A stretch of 64,000 nucleotides of DNA, from positions 82,524,001 through 82,588,000 of the forward strand of contig NC_086097.1 in assembly GCF_963921235.1 (NCBI RefSeq), written 5' to 3'. Shown here one piece after another: positions 37,932 through 50,859 of this stretch; the first letter of the stretch is position 1, and every line of letters starts with the position of its first letter. Under the pieces are notes generated by a model that was not told the DNA's origin, searched no databases, and saw only the letters and a program-made list of their open reading frames with translations. This DNA comes from Mobula hypostoma (taxonomy: Eukaryota). A program made the position numbers and the translations under genes.

Positions 37932-38639
37932 AGTTGTAGAGAACCCAAGTAACCAGATTTCTCCAGATTTACTTTTTACTAGTCTTGAGAAAGTTACATG
38001 TCCCCAAATTGGCCTGAACTTCTACAAACCTGAAATGAAACAAAATTTACATTTTTTTACACATTTTTTAAAACTGCACACATACCTAAGAGCTAATTCC
38101 AATTCCAGAGCAGAAATCTTCAAGTTTGCCTTCCCCCCCTACTGCAGGATTGGTTTTTTGATGACTGATTTTATTTGTTTTCTACTTTCTATGCAGCAGT
38201 GTAGTTTCTGAAAATGATATTTCAAAACAAAACTTCCTGAGGGCTCAACTCAATGTTAGATGACATGTTATAATTCTTTGTATCATGTTGATTATTGGGT
38301 ACATTTACACCATGACATTCTTGTAATACTTTGTCACTTTTCATCTGGAATTCTCAGAGGCTCTTTAGCTGACCTAAATATAATCTGAGATTTACTGTTT
38401 TGTGGATTCCTAAATGTGCAGTCACAAAAATTTAGTTGCCAAAGGCTTAAAAATTACCTTCAACACAAAATCAATTTAGATCTCTGAATATTTCCCATCA
38501 CTAATTAGCTAGCCACTGTGGCATTTACAAGTTGTTCTTCAAAAGTAAGTTGGGATTTTTTGTCTAAATTTATGGATAGTTTTGAGAAATCTGTACAGTT
38601 AAACATTCTTGGAAGTTACCTGAAACAGTTCTTCTGGTC

Positions 38640-38715
38640 TTCAGAACTTTACAGAATGAAGGTGTTCTCCTAAATCTTATCGGGAGGGTACCAGATAATA
38701 TAGAAAGTTGCTGAA
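38640..38715 (+). promoter_or_regulatory. SECIS element (form 1) in GPX2 3'UTR
   Basis: AUGA 38656-38659; 11-bp helix GGUGUUCUCCU/GGGAGGGUACC fully paired (with G-U pairs); apical loop starting AAA 38672-38674; GA 38694-38695; lower helix UUCAG-AACUUU/AAAGUU-G-CUGAA. Confidence 0.93.
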
Positions 38716-38766
38716 TTTGCTGGATGTTACTGTTTGTGACTTCTTGGAATTATCTCAAAAATCAGT

Positions 38767-38772
38767 AATAAA
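38767..38772 (+). terminator. Candidate GPX2 polyadenylation signal
   Basis: AATAAA about 50 nt after the SECIS, with tgtatgtgctttgtatttt downstream. Confidence 0.65.
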
Positions 38773-39636
38773 AAGAACTGCCTGAAAACAAACAAAATGT
38801 ATGTGCTTTGTATTTTAAGTAAACTTGATTTTATCAATAAGGATGGAGAATAAGCAACCCTAAAAAAAATCAGTGACCACATTGGTTTATACACTCTCTC
38901 CAGTAGATTTGTGGGCACAATAGAATTATACTTTGAAGTTTCACATTAAGCCCATGTCACTGTTAGCTCACCACCAATGTTTAATCCAAAAGATACTCCA
39001 GTTCACAGGAATGCTGAAGCTATGTCCTCTCCAAGATTAACATTCCTAATACAGGCCCCCAGATATATTCAGTTACATGCAGCAGGCCATGTCATTCTCT
39101 CATTAGACATGGATTCTTGTCAGTAGGAGATTGAGGAAGATAGAGGAGAAGATTTTGAGATTGCACTCAAAGCCTCCTTGAAGAGCAACAACCTGGGAGG
39201 TGTCTTGACCTTGTCTGTTCATAATGGAGAAGGAACATTCAGCATGGCAGAAGGAGCACATCACCTTATGACCCACCATCCAGATATTACAAATAGCAGA
39301 ATAACAAAGAAACTTCTGTGCTTGATGCTACTTAGGCTTTGAACTCTCGACTTGCGAATGGCTCTGGCAGTTTAATTTCCTGTGGGAGAATTACTCCAAA
39401 TCCATAGACATTTTTATAAAATGCCAGATAATCAGAATGGGATCTGGAAACCTCCTAGGCCCAGTCAATTTGAGTTAAGCTAAAAGAATATGGAACAGTG
39501 CAGCACAGGAACAGACCCCTTGCTAATTAAAATAATCCCTTCTGCCTGTGCATTTTCCATAACAATCCATTTTCATGCTTATTTAAGAGCATCTACTGCC
39601 CTTGCAATGCAGATGTACAGAGGTCTGCAGTGAGTT

Positions 39637-39861
39637 TATTTCAAACACAAGGAAATCTGCAAATTATGAAAATCCAAAGCAACACACAAAACATTGGAGT
39701 GACTCAGCAGGTCAGGCAGTATCAATGGAAAAGTGCAAAGAGTCAAATGTTCCAAGCCAAGACTCTTCGAAGAAAGGTATCAGCCTGAAATTTTGACTCT
39801 TTACTCTTTTTCATAGATGCTGCCTGACCTGCTGAGTTCCTCCAGCATTTTGTGAATGCTC
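39637..39861. mobile_element. Fold-back PLE terminal-repeat insertion (older, diverged)
   Basis: ctcagcaggtcaggcag... opposed by ...ctgcctgacctgctgag; cagtgagtt duplicated at 39628-39636 and 39862-39870. Confidence 0.75.
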
Positions 39862-40960
39862 CAGTGAGTTCATGTATTTGAAGATACAGTGAGGACCCTT
39901 TGAGCCACGCCTCCAGCAACCCCTGATTTAACCATAGCCTATCACAGACAATTTACAATGACCAATTAACCTATTAACCAGTACATCTTCCGACTGGGAG
40001 GAAACCCATGCATTCCATGGAGAGAACATTAAAACTCCTATTGGAGGATGCTGGGATTGAACTCTGAAGTCCTGAGTTGTAACAACATCAAACTAACCTC
40101 TATGCTACTATGACACCTCAAAAATCACTTGAGACAGAGGTTTCCTTCAGGTTTTTAATGAGATCTTACTCGTGAAAAGATCTGCTGTTTCAACAGCAAA
40201 TGGAGATGGAGGTCTTTCCACTGTGCATCAAATTGAAATCCAAATTAACCCATGCTGGAAATAATATACAAAACAGTTTAAGTGATGTTCATACAAAACA
40301 AAGTGCATACGAGATGAACTGCACCTCTAGAGACCAGAACACTCCCTACCTGGCATCCATAAGATGTCAAACTTAACTACTGAAAGAAAAGTTCAATGAT
40401 AATTTTACACATTCTTTCACCATTTCAGTGGTAAAAGAAGGACAAAGACTGGTCTTGGAAACAATCTTAGTACACAGTCTTTAACCTTTCTCACTTTGAA
40501 AATACTGGGCCATTTAACCATGAGGAACTAATAGCTTGGAGCCCTGTTGTGGCATGCTCAGCTGGGTTGAGATCAGTAAAAACATAGTTCCATTGGCTTT
40601 TCTGGGTTATAGATAGTGGAATTGTGTAAGTTCTTGGAGTCTTCAAATCTTCAAGATTTTGAAGGGAAGAATACCACTGCTCATGTTTCTCTAATGAGTG
40701 GAACATATAGTCTACAGGTATCCGAAGTCAACCCTCTTAACATGTAGTGTCCTTGGATACTGACTGGAGCTGCAAATCCAAGAGGGTCAAATACTCAAAA
40801 GCATGCCACAACATGTCAAGGAACTTTTGATAAAAAGTGACCTGGACTGTAAGGGTGTCATTAACAAGGTCCCATCCGAAGCCCAGACTGCTGCATAGGA
40901 GGGAGGTCATATCCAAGATCAAGGTTCTGTACACCTTTGGCCAAATCTTCAGACAGGAAA

Positions 40961-43126
40961 ATGACACTTAAAGGATTGACAGTGGATATGCAATGACAAG
41001 CATTTAAAGGTTGCCTGGATGAACTACAACAATTGTTCATCCCAGTTTGGCAAAAGAATAAATCAAGGAAGGTAGTGCACCTGTGGCTGACAAGAGAAAT
41101 TAGGGATAGTATCAATTCCAAAGAAGAAGCATACAAATTAGCCAGAGAAAGTGGCTCACCTGAGGACTGGGAGAAACTCAGAGTTCAGCAGAGGAGGACA
41201 AAGGGCTTAATTAGGAAGGGGAAAAAAGATTATGAGAGAAAACTGGCAGGGAACATAAAAACGGACTGTAAAAGCTTTTATAGATATGTAAAAAGGAAAA
41301 GACTGGTAAAGACAAATGTAGGCCCCCTGCAGACAGAAACAGGTGAATTGATTATGGGGAGCAAGGACATGGCAGACCAATTGAATAATTACTTTGGTTC
41401 TGTCTTCACTAAGGAGGACATAAATAATCTTCCAGAAATAGTAGGGGACAGAGGGTCCAGTGAGATGGAGGAACTGAGCGAAATACATGTTAGTAGGGAA
41501 GTGGTGTTAGGTAAATTGAAGGGATTGAAGGCAGATAAATCCTCAGAGCCAGATGGTCTGCATCCTAGAGTGCTTAAGGAAGTAGCCCAAGAAATAGTGG
41601 ATGCATTAGTGATAATTTTTCAAAACTCGTTAGATTCTGGACTAGTTCCTGAGGATTGGAGGGTGGCTAATGTAACTCCACTTTTTAAAAAAGGAGGGAG
41701 AGAGAAACCGGGGAATTATGGACCGGTTAGCCTAATGTTGGTGGTGGGGAAACTGCTGGAGTCAGTTATCAAGGATGTGATATCAGCACATTTGGAAAGC
41801 GGTGAAATGATCGGACAAAGTCAGCATGGATTTGTGAAAGGAAAATCATGTCTGACGAATCTCATAGAATTTTTTGAGGATGTAACTAGTAGAGTGGATA
41901 GGGGAGAACCAGTTGATGTGGTATATTTGGATTTTCAAAAAGGCTTTTGACAAGGTCCCACACAGGAGATTAGTGTGCAAACTTAAAGCACACGGTATTG
42001 GGGGTAAGGTATTGGTGTGGGTGGAGAATTGGTTAGCAGACAGGAAGCAAAGAGTGGGAATAAACGGGACCTTTTCAGAATGGCAGGCGGTGACTAGTGG
42101 GGTACCGCAAGGCTCAGTGCTGGGACCCCAGTTGTTTACAATATATATTAATGACTTGGATGAGGGAATTAAATGCAGCATCTCCAAGTTTGCGGATGAC
42201 ACGAAGCTGGGTGGCAGTGTTAGCTGTGAGGAGGATGCTAAGAGGATGCAGGGTGACTTGGATAGGTTGGGTGAGTGGGCAAATTCATGGCAAATGCAAT
42301 TTAATGTGGATAAATGTGAAGTTATCCACTTTGGTGGCAAAAATAGGAAAACAGATTATTATCTGAACGGTGGCCGATTAGGAAAAGGGGAGGTGCAACG
42401 AGACCTGGGTGTCATTATGCACCAGTCATTGAAAGTGGGCATGCAGGTACAGCAGGCGGTGAAAAAGGCAAATGGTATGCTGGCACTTATAGCGAGAGGA
42501 TTCGAGTACAGGAGCAGGGAGGTACTACTGCAGTTGTACAAGGCCTTGGTGAGACCACACCTGGAGTATTGTGTGCAGTTTTGGTCCCCTAATCTGAGGA
42601 AAGACATCCTTGCCATAGAGGGAGTACAAAGAAGGTTCACCAGATTGATTCCTGGGATGGCAGGACTTTCATATGAAGAAAGACTGGATGAACTGGGCTT
42701 GTACTCGTTGGAATTTAGAAGATTGAGGGGGGATCTGATTGAAACGTATAAGATCCTAAAGGGATTGGACAGGCTAGATGCAGGAAGATTGTTCCCGATG
42801 TTGGGGAAGTCCAGAACGAGGGGCCACAGTTTGAGGATAGAGGGGAAGCCTTTTAGGACCGTGATTAGGAAAAACTTCTTCACACAGAGAGTGGTGAATC
42901 TGTGGAATTCTCTGCCACAGGAAACAGTTGAGGCCAGTTCATTGGCTATAATTAAGAGGGAGTTAGATATGGCCCTTGTGGCTACGGGGGTCAGGGGGTA
43001 TGGAGGGAAGGCTGGGGCGGGGTTCTGAGTTGGAAGATCAGCCATGATCATAATAAATGGCGGTGCAGGCTCGAAGGGCCGAATGGCCTACTCCTGCACC
43101 TATTTTCTATGTTTCTATGTTTCTAT
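40961..43126 (+). mobile_element. Young 5'-truncated CR1 LINE (RT domain, single frameshift near 41940)
   Basis: ORFs 41033-41950 and 41913-43028 overlap at YLDFQK/AFDKVPH; SGVPQGSVLGP, KFADDTK; (tttctatg)n tail; flanking gaaa duplicated. Confidence 0.95.
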
Positions 43127-45759
43127 GAAACATTGCCTGACCTCTGCACTCTTGGACCAATCTTACACAGTCTGAGCCTTATGCACCAACATGTCTTGCA
43201 CTGCTTTCAGCACTCTGTTTCTTCTGCACTAGAAAATGATTGGGATCACCCTCAACATAGAAATGCCTCTCTGTGTACCTCCATGCTTCAGTCCTGAATT
43301 CCTTCTCTCCAACAGCTGTCCTCTTAAGACCATAGATTGCCACAGCTGGCAAGGGGCAGTTACATGGACTCTCATCCCGTACTCCAGAATCTTCTTGTCC
43401 TGTTGGAGGTCATGAAACCACAAGGATCTGAGGGGGTCGATGAACCTCTCTCACTAGGAAGCTGTGCAGCTTTTGTTTGATGTCTGCCATCACTGCGATG
43501 GACACAGTTCTGAAGCACATGAGGTCTCCAAGCAGACTGTTATTGAGGTCTGAACCCCGCAAGAACACATTGTTCAGTGATACACCTTTTATCTGTGTAC
43601 TTGAATTAAAGATAATTTGAAGGCTACCGGGGTGGCAAACACCAAAGTTAGGCAAACACCAGTTTTCTTTGTTGGGATCTGGTGGAGGAGCTAGCTCAGC
43701 ATGCTTGTTCTTGAGGGGACTCTCCATGAACCCCGTGTATTGATCTTTCATTTCTGATTTCCTTCTCAATGTGTGACTGAGGGACATGAATTGACTAAGG
43801 GCCAGCTCTCTGTCGTTTGGTAGGAGTTGTGGAAAGTGAAAAGGAAGGGGACCTACCCAACAGTTTGACTCATCTTTGCTAAACTCTTTGTTCATGATTT
43901 GAAAGAAGACCTCATCTTCGATGGAAGGTGCCAACTTATGATCATCTTCCAAGTGACAGAAGATCAGCTTGCCCTGGTTTGCTTATCTGCAGTCTTCCCT
44001 ATCATATAGATTCTACTCCCACATGATCTGAAATGACTTGGGCACCCATTCTCCAGAACATTAGTCTTAAGTGTGCTGATAGTGGGCTAATGAACACCAT
44101 CAAGGCAGACTTCACCTACTATGACCCAACCCAGGTACAGTGGTTGGGCATAAGGTTCATCATGCCGACCTCTGCACTTCACATATGTTATGGACATGCA
44201 TGGTATCTCTGCCAAGCAGCAGGAGGATCTTAACAGAAGAGTCAAGTGGGAGAATCTTGTCCGATATGACGTTCGGATGTGAGTGACTGCATGCAGCCTC
44301 TAGAGTTGCAATTTCATCCCTGTTGTTGGGAATATGGTGGCACTCAATGAAGGCTGGCAGTGGTAAGCAGACCTCCCCTCCTATTGACTCCATGACAAAT
44401 CCACTGGCTTTTCTTCCAGCAACTTCTGATGTTCCAGATCATGTCTTTAGAGCAGGCGTTCCCAACCTTTTTTATGCCATGGACCCCTACCATCAACAGA
44501 GGGGTCCATAGACCCTATGTTGGGAACTCTTGCTTCGAGTGTATGGGAGTACAGAATCTTGAATATTGAATGTGTCAAAGGACGTTAATTTTGCCAAATA
44601 CACACTACTCTGATCATCCAGTATCACAAATGACTTTATTGTTTGCTCAGGATGTCATTTTGGGTAGATATTGACTAGACCTATTTTGGAGCAGGATTTG
44701 CCTTGGGACCCCTCCTGCATACGTCTGTGCATGAGGGCGTTGGTACATCTGACAGATGTTGAGCTGGCTCCCCACCATGCTGTGCTGTAGATGTGATGGA
44801 ACCTGTAGTAGCTCAAGGCGCTGGCCCTGAATGAAGTGTTGATACATGCTGATCGCTTCACAGTCTTGCTTGGTGCTCTGTTGAAGCACATTTAGTGCTC
44901 CTTTAAAAAGTGTCTCCTGTCTGCATCCTCTGCATTTCTTTAAGGGGTGAGATTATTTATGGACCGAGCATTGTCCGTTGGGGTTCATGATGGAGTTCTT
45001 CACTTCAGTTTTGATTACTTGATAGGAGTTCTGGCTTCCCAACCTTTCTTTAAATGAAGTGTTGCTGGAAGTTCAGAGCATAAAACAAGAATCATTTCAC
45101 ATTTCTGCATGGTGACAAACGGATTCCATAAAGAATGAAAATGTTAGATAGTGGACATGTTGCTTCAAGTTATACTTGAACCCTTTAGTAATCCACTGTT
45201 CTTGCATGTTCTTTGGCAGTTTTTATACTACAGGCTTCATTGCTTTTGCTGTGTCCAAGAAACTCAGTCCTGGTGGGTAACACTTGTTTTTTGTGGCTTG
45301 CAGTTCCAACAACAGAACTGTTACTCCAGTAACTTCCATGGTTCTTTGTGTGAGAGCTTTGAAAAATAACCATGTCTGCTGAAGAGAGATTCTTCGATTG
45401 TCTCTCGGGAGCTATAGTATTTGTCCAGCCTTTGCCACTGTATTTGTAAACCCATAGCTAGACTATTAATGTGAACTGCTTTAACCCTTTGTGTATGTTG
45501 TAGTGACTCCCCATCAAGCCACTTACAGAGAAGGCCTGACTCTTCACTAGGTTTGAGACTTTGTTCTTCCACAGCATTGCGAAAGCTTGACTTTCAGAAC
45601 AGATAACTGGCAGAGCGGTTGTTGAACAGTTTTAGTCCTGCCGTGAGTAGGTCTTAACGGACTAGATACTAAGCCAAATCTAACGCACCTGTGGCTCCTG
45701 AATGAGGGCATCGTGGAGACTGGTTTGCCAAATGTGTCCTGGGATAAGGGGCATTTCAA

Positions 45760-46624
45760 AACTTGCAGAGAGATTTAGGACAGTTAGAAGAGTGGGCTGA
45801 AAGATGGCAGATGCAGTTTAATGTAGAAAACTGTGAGGTGCTACATTATGGTAGAACTAATCAAAATAGGACATACATGGTAAATGGTAGGGCATTAAAA
45901 AATGCTGTAGAACAGAGGGATCTAGGAATAATGGTGCATAGTTCCCTGAAGATGGAATCTCATGTGGATAGGGTGGTGAAGAAAGCTTTTGGTTTGCTGG
46001 CCTTTATTAATCAGAGCATTGAGTATAGGAGTTGGGATGTAATGCTGAATTTGTATAAGGCATTGGTAAGGCCAAACCTGGAGTATTGTGTACAGTTCTG
46101 GTCACCGAATTATAGGAAAGATGACAATAAAATTGAGAGAGTACAGAGGAGGTTTACTAAAATGTTGCCTGGGTTTCATCTCCTAAGTTACAGAGAAAGG
46201 TTGAACAAGTTAGGTCTTTATTCTTTGGAGTGTAGAAGGTTGAGGGGGGACTTGATAGAGGTGTTTAAAATTATGAGGGGGATTGATACAGTTGATGTGG
46301 TTAGACTTCTTCCATTGTGAGTGGGGGAGATTCAAACAAAAGGCCATGGGTTGAGAGTTAGAGGACAAAAGTTTAGGGGTAACATGAGGGGGAACTTCTT
46401 TACTCAGAGAGTGGTAGCTGTGTGGAACAAGCTTCCAGCAGAAGTGGTTGAGGCAGGTTCGATGTTGTCGTTTAAAGTTAAATTGGATAGATATATGGAC
46501 AAGAAAGGAATGGAGGGTTATGGGCTGAGTGAAAGTTGGTGGGACTAGGATAGGGTAAGAGTTCGGAACGGACCAGAAGGGCCGAGATGGCCTGTTTCCG
46601 TGCTGTAATTGTCATATGGTTATA
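45760..46624 (+). mobile_element. 5'-truncated CR1 LINE of a second subfamily
   Basis: QRDLGQLEEWAERWQMQFN...LVRPNLEYCVQFWSP...FFTQRVV; atatggttata-type tail. Confidence 0.92.
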
Positions 46625-48778
46625 AATGGAAGCTCAGTCTGTTCATGCCTGTGCAGATTGGGCTGGTATCAGTAGCACCTCTTGACTGAGGTTTTTGCCT
46701 TGATGTAACTGCAGAAGGGGATGTCGTGGGCCTTTGCTGCTGTAGGCCTTGACTGTCAATATCTGGACTATGTGAATGATATGTTGGCTGTGTGGTATGG
46801 CCAGCTTCTTGTAGAGCTGGAGCACTGATTTTTATAGCTAACGGCGTTTGGACAGATGCTTTAGTAAGCAGCATTGGCTGTTGTGACAGCAAGGCATGAT
46901 GATTCTGGTTGTAGACTCACCACTCTTTTAAGTCAGCTGCTTCTTCATACACCTTTGCCTTTGCTGAGGCAGCCTCACCTTTATGCTCTTTCCTGAGTGA
47001 ACTTAATATGGGCTCTACACACATCCTCTCCACGTCTATATGAGCTTTCTCCGTTTGCATCTCAACTTTGCACTTAGCATAAGCTGCTCTTGCTTCAGCT
47101 CTGTTGCGGACTCGTAATGCAGCTATGTTAACTGTGGATTCGCTTGAGCATTGTGACAAGCCACAATCTGACCTTACTTCCAAGTCTCAGCAATCAACGT
47201 TGTTTGGGCCAAAAGCTGAAATCGTGTACAGCATACAGACGCATCTCCCATCCGTGGGTGACGTCTTTGAAAAAGGGTTATCTTTTTACTCTACTGCCCT
47301 TGCAGTGCGGATATACAAAGCTATGCAGTGAGTTAAACACCATCTCAAAAATCATCTGAAACAGAGGCTTCATTCAGTGTTTTTTAATGTGATATTACTT
47401 ACGAAAAAATACTACTATATCAAAGGCAATTAAAGAGTGGATGAAGGTGAATATCTTTCCACCATGTACTTCAAATTGAAATCCAAATTCATCTGCGCAG
47501 GAAATGATACGAAAAACGGCTTACTTTCAGGAAGTGATGTTCATACCAAGCGAACTGCATACGAAACAAACGGCACCCCTAGAGGCCAGAACAGGCATCT
47601 TAAAAGCCTCTATCAGACCTGCCTTCCCTATTACACCAGGCAGCGCATTCCAGGCACCCACTACTCTCTGTGAAGAAACATGCCCTGCACATTTCTGATT
47701 TTTCCCCTTCTTACCTTAAATATATACTCCCCAGTAAAAGACATTTTGACTCTGAGTGAAAGTTAGCAGCTGCCTGTCTATACCTCTCATAATCTTATAA
47801 ATCTCTATCAGGTTTTCATCATCCTCAGCTACTCCAGAGAAAACGATCCTAGTTTGCCCAACCACCTATGTGGTAACAGGAGCTGAATGAACTCGGTGAC
47901 TGAGGTAGCATTAATTGAGCAAAGCAGTTTCAATTTCAGATTGAGATCCTTCATCAGGATTAAAGAAAGGTGGGGGGGGGGCGGGGGGATAGCCAGTATA
48001 AAAAGTTGGGGCAAGAGTTGGAGCAAGAGCTGGTGGGTGAGAGGGGTCTGATAGGCAGGTGAAGAAGGCAGGAGAGGGAAATGATGCAAAAAGCTGGGAG
48101 GTGATGGGTGGGTGTGACAAGGGGCTGAAGATGATAGAAACTGATATGAGAGCACGGCGAACCATGGAATAGAGGGAAGGTGGTGGGGACTATAAACACA
48201 TGGTAAACCTCTTCTGCACCCCCACCAAACTATCTCCATTCCTCATATTATGGGAGGGGGTGGATGCTGAATTGAATGCAATACTCCAGATAAGGCCTAA
48301 ACAGTTTCATAAAGCTGCAACATAACTTCCTGACTTTTGAACCCAGTGCCTTGACCAATAAAAGCAAGCATGCCATATGCTTTCTTTAACACCCTTCTAC
48401 TTGTACGGTCACTTTCAGGGAGCTATGGGCACGGGCCCCAAGTTCCCTCTGTCCATTAAAGCTGTTAAGGGTCCTGCATTTAACTGTGCACTTTACCTTT
48501 ATATTCAATCTCTCAAGGTCTCACACTTGCCGTTTCATCTGCCGTATTTTTCATCTAGTCCATCTATATCCTGCTGTATCATTTGGCAATCTTAAACATG
48601 CACAAGCGTCGCTAATCTTTGTGTCATCTGCAACCCATCACATTTTTTTATCCAACTCATTAATACATCTCACAAACAGCAGAGGTTGCAGAATGGATCA
48701 TGCAGAACACTGTATGTCTCAAACTTATAGTCAAAATAACAGCAATCAACGAAAACCCTCTGCTTTCAAAGGACAAAC

Positions 48779-49935
48779 TGTCATAAGGTGGGCGCTGGGA
48801 ACGGACCCAAATACAAGACACAGACACTGAAGTACAAGGAATAGGACTAGGTTTGTCAAGAAAGCAAGGGAAGTGGGGAAGAAATGACGCTGCACATTGA
48901 CACAGGCCCTGGCCGAGACTAGGATACAGGGCCTGGGTTAGGACTTGACTAGGAAAGTGGAACCAGGACAAGGAACGAGGAACTAGGCGCCTGGGCTAGG
49001 ACTCCAAGTCAGAGACTGGACAAGGACCCAGAACCTGAGTCTTGACTCGAGTTCAGACCCTGGAACTAGGCGAGGACATAACGCGGCTACAGGACTGGAC
49101 ATGGCTTGGGTTCTTCAAGGCTTGGGTATGGACTCTGAGCCAGAGACTGGGCAAGGACCCAGAACTTGGGTCTTGACTCAGCCTCGGACTCCAGAACTAG
49201 GCAAAGACATGACATGGTTACTGGACTGGAGGAGGCTTGGATTCTTCGAGGCTTTCCTGGGCTAGACCAGGTACTCTTGGGCTAGGCGAGGCATAAGGAC
49301 AGGACGAGACCCCGAAGACTTGACTTGGTCTTGGGAGAACAGGAAACACAGAGCCTTGGTCTTGGTAGACAAGAAACACAGAGACTTGGTCTTGGCAGAA
49401 CAAGAACTCAGAGACTTGGTCTTGGCAGAACAAGAACTCAGAGACTTGGTCTTGGCAGAACAGGAACTCAGAGACATGGAACACAGAGCCGGGACCCCTC
49501 CTTGGGAACAGGACTTAGGGCCGAGACTCGCACATGGAACACAGAGCCAGGACCCTCCTTGGGAGCAGGACGTAGGGCTGGGACTCGTACACAGAACACA
49601 GAGAGACAGTTCTTAACATGAGGTAGCGGCAAACGGCCAGACCTACCTAGCAAAGGCAAGGACACAGAGACAGTTCCCAACACAAGGTAGCGGCAAATGG
49701 CCAGACCTACCTAGTGAAGGCAAGATTGCAGGCAAAGACTTCAGGAGGAAGGGAAGGGAACAGTCTAGCAAATGAAGCTGAACCCAGGAGCTATTTATGT
49801 AGCCAGCCCAAAATGAGAATCAGCTGCCTCAATTGGAGCACCCAACAGAACAAGAGAAAACCAGAAAACCTGGAATAAGGAACGATGGACCGGACCGTGA
49901 ACCGGAATGAAGAGTTCACGGACCAGACCATGACA
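48779..49935. mobile_element. Solo LTR-like element (1157 bp) with internal tandem repeats
   Basis: Ends TGTCAT...ATGACA; CAAAC duplicated at 48774-48778 and 49936-49940; no coding motifs recognised; inserted in a degraded CR1. Confidence 0.85.
49320..49475. repeat. 30-bp tandem repeat, about 5 copies (gagacttggtcttggcagaacaagaactca)
   Basis: Direct reading; produces the repetitive spurious ORFs at 49218-49621. Confidence 0.95.
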
Positions 49936-50859
49936 CAAACCATTTCTGAAACCAGTCAAGTGACTGTGGATCCCTTGTATCTTAATCTTCTGGATGAGCC
50001 CAGTCGCAGAGTTTGATGACATGGAAGCAGACCCTACCACCCAACTCATCCACACTGTTCGAATTGTTTACTTGACCTAGTTCCATTTGCCTGTATTTAA
50101 ATAGTCCATTCCTTTTCTATCCATACACCTGTCCAAATGTTTTTTTAGACATTGTAATAGTACCCACCTCCCCCACTTCCTCTGGCAGCTTGTTCCATAT
50201 ATCCATCACTCTCTGTAAGGAAAAACTTGCCCATCACATCCACTTCAAATGATTCTGCTCATCTTAAATCTTTGCCCCTCCCCCAGACTTCTTTAACCGG
50301 GGAAAAGACTGTGACAATCCTGTCTGCACCTTTTCAAGCTTTATGTTATTGTTCTTGTCGCTGGGTGAGCAGAAATTCACGCAGTGTTGGTGAAAGCACA
50401 CAAGTGCGGTCTCACCAATGCTTTGTACAGTTATACTGTGACTTTCTTTTTTTTTAATTTTATTTCTATTTGGATAAGGAATTCACAATTATCATGTACT
50501 TTTTTCACACATATAACCTTTTCCATTTTTTTATATGTATAAAACTACAATTATTTATACATTCTTAAGTACACATTGAATGCTTATACCCAGAATCCTG
50601 ACTAACAAAGGCAAGCGTTCCTAACACCTTCTTTACTAGCCTCCACTTTTAAGGAGTTGTATATATTTGTACCCCTAGGTTTGTCTGTTCTTCAACAATC
50701 TCCAGAGCGCTATCATGTGTAAGTCCTGCATTAGTTTATCTTAGCAAAATGGTGTACATTGAAGAGCAGGGATTTCTTCACATTGAGTCATAAATTACCT
50801 GGTATAATATTATAAACAGATTGTTCATCGATTTTTTAAAAGCAATAAGCTGATTGCTG

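Larger units (their letters stand above)
40115..47593 (-). mobile_element. Degraded BEL/Pao LTR retrotransposon with two diverged LTRs and two nested CR1 copies
   Basis: BEL-type RT remnants (WVGPLPF, LPNDRELALSQ, GVSLNNVFLRGSDLNNSLLG, AVMADIKQ), RNase H-like NPAEHAT...WLNGP; LTR copies about 40115-40341 and 47291-47593 share caaattgaaatccaaatt and ctagag(a/g)ccagaaca; purine tract next to 40341 on the minus strand. Confidence 0.8.

Noticed and set aside
38160..38420. Other ATGA-containing segments in the GPX2 3'UTR as a second SECIS
   Set aside because: No convincing 11-12 bp helix with apical AA and matching GA found by eye.
42359..43051. 230-aa minus-strand ORF
   Set aside because: Antisense frame of the CR1 RT; similar shadow ORFs occur at the other CR1 copies.
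49218..49621. Repetitive ORFs and a possible CRISPR-like array
   Set aside because: Head-to-tail 30-bp units without unique spacers, within a solo LTR in a eukaryotic genome.
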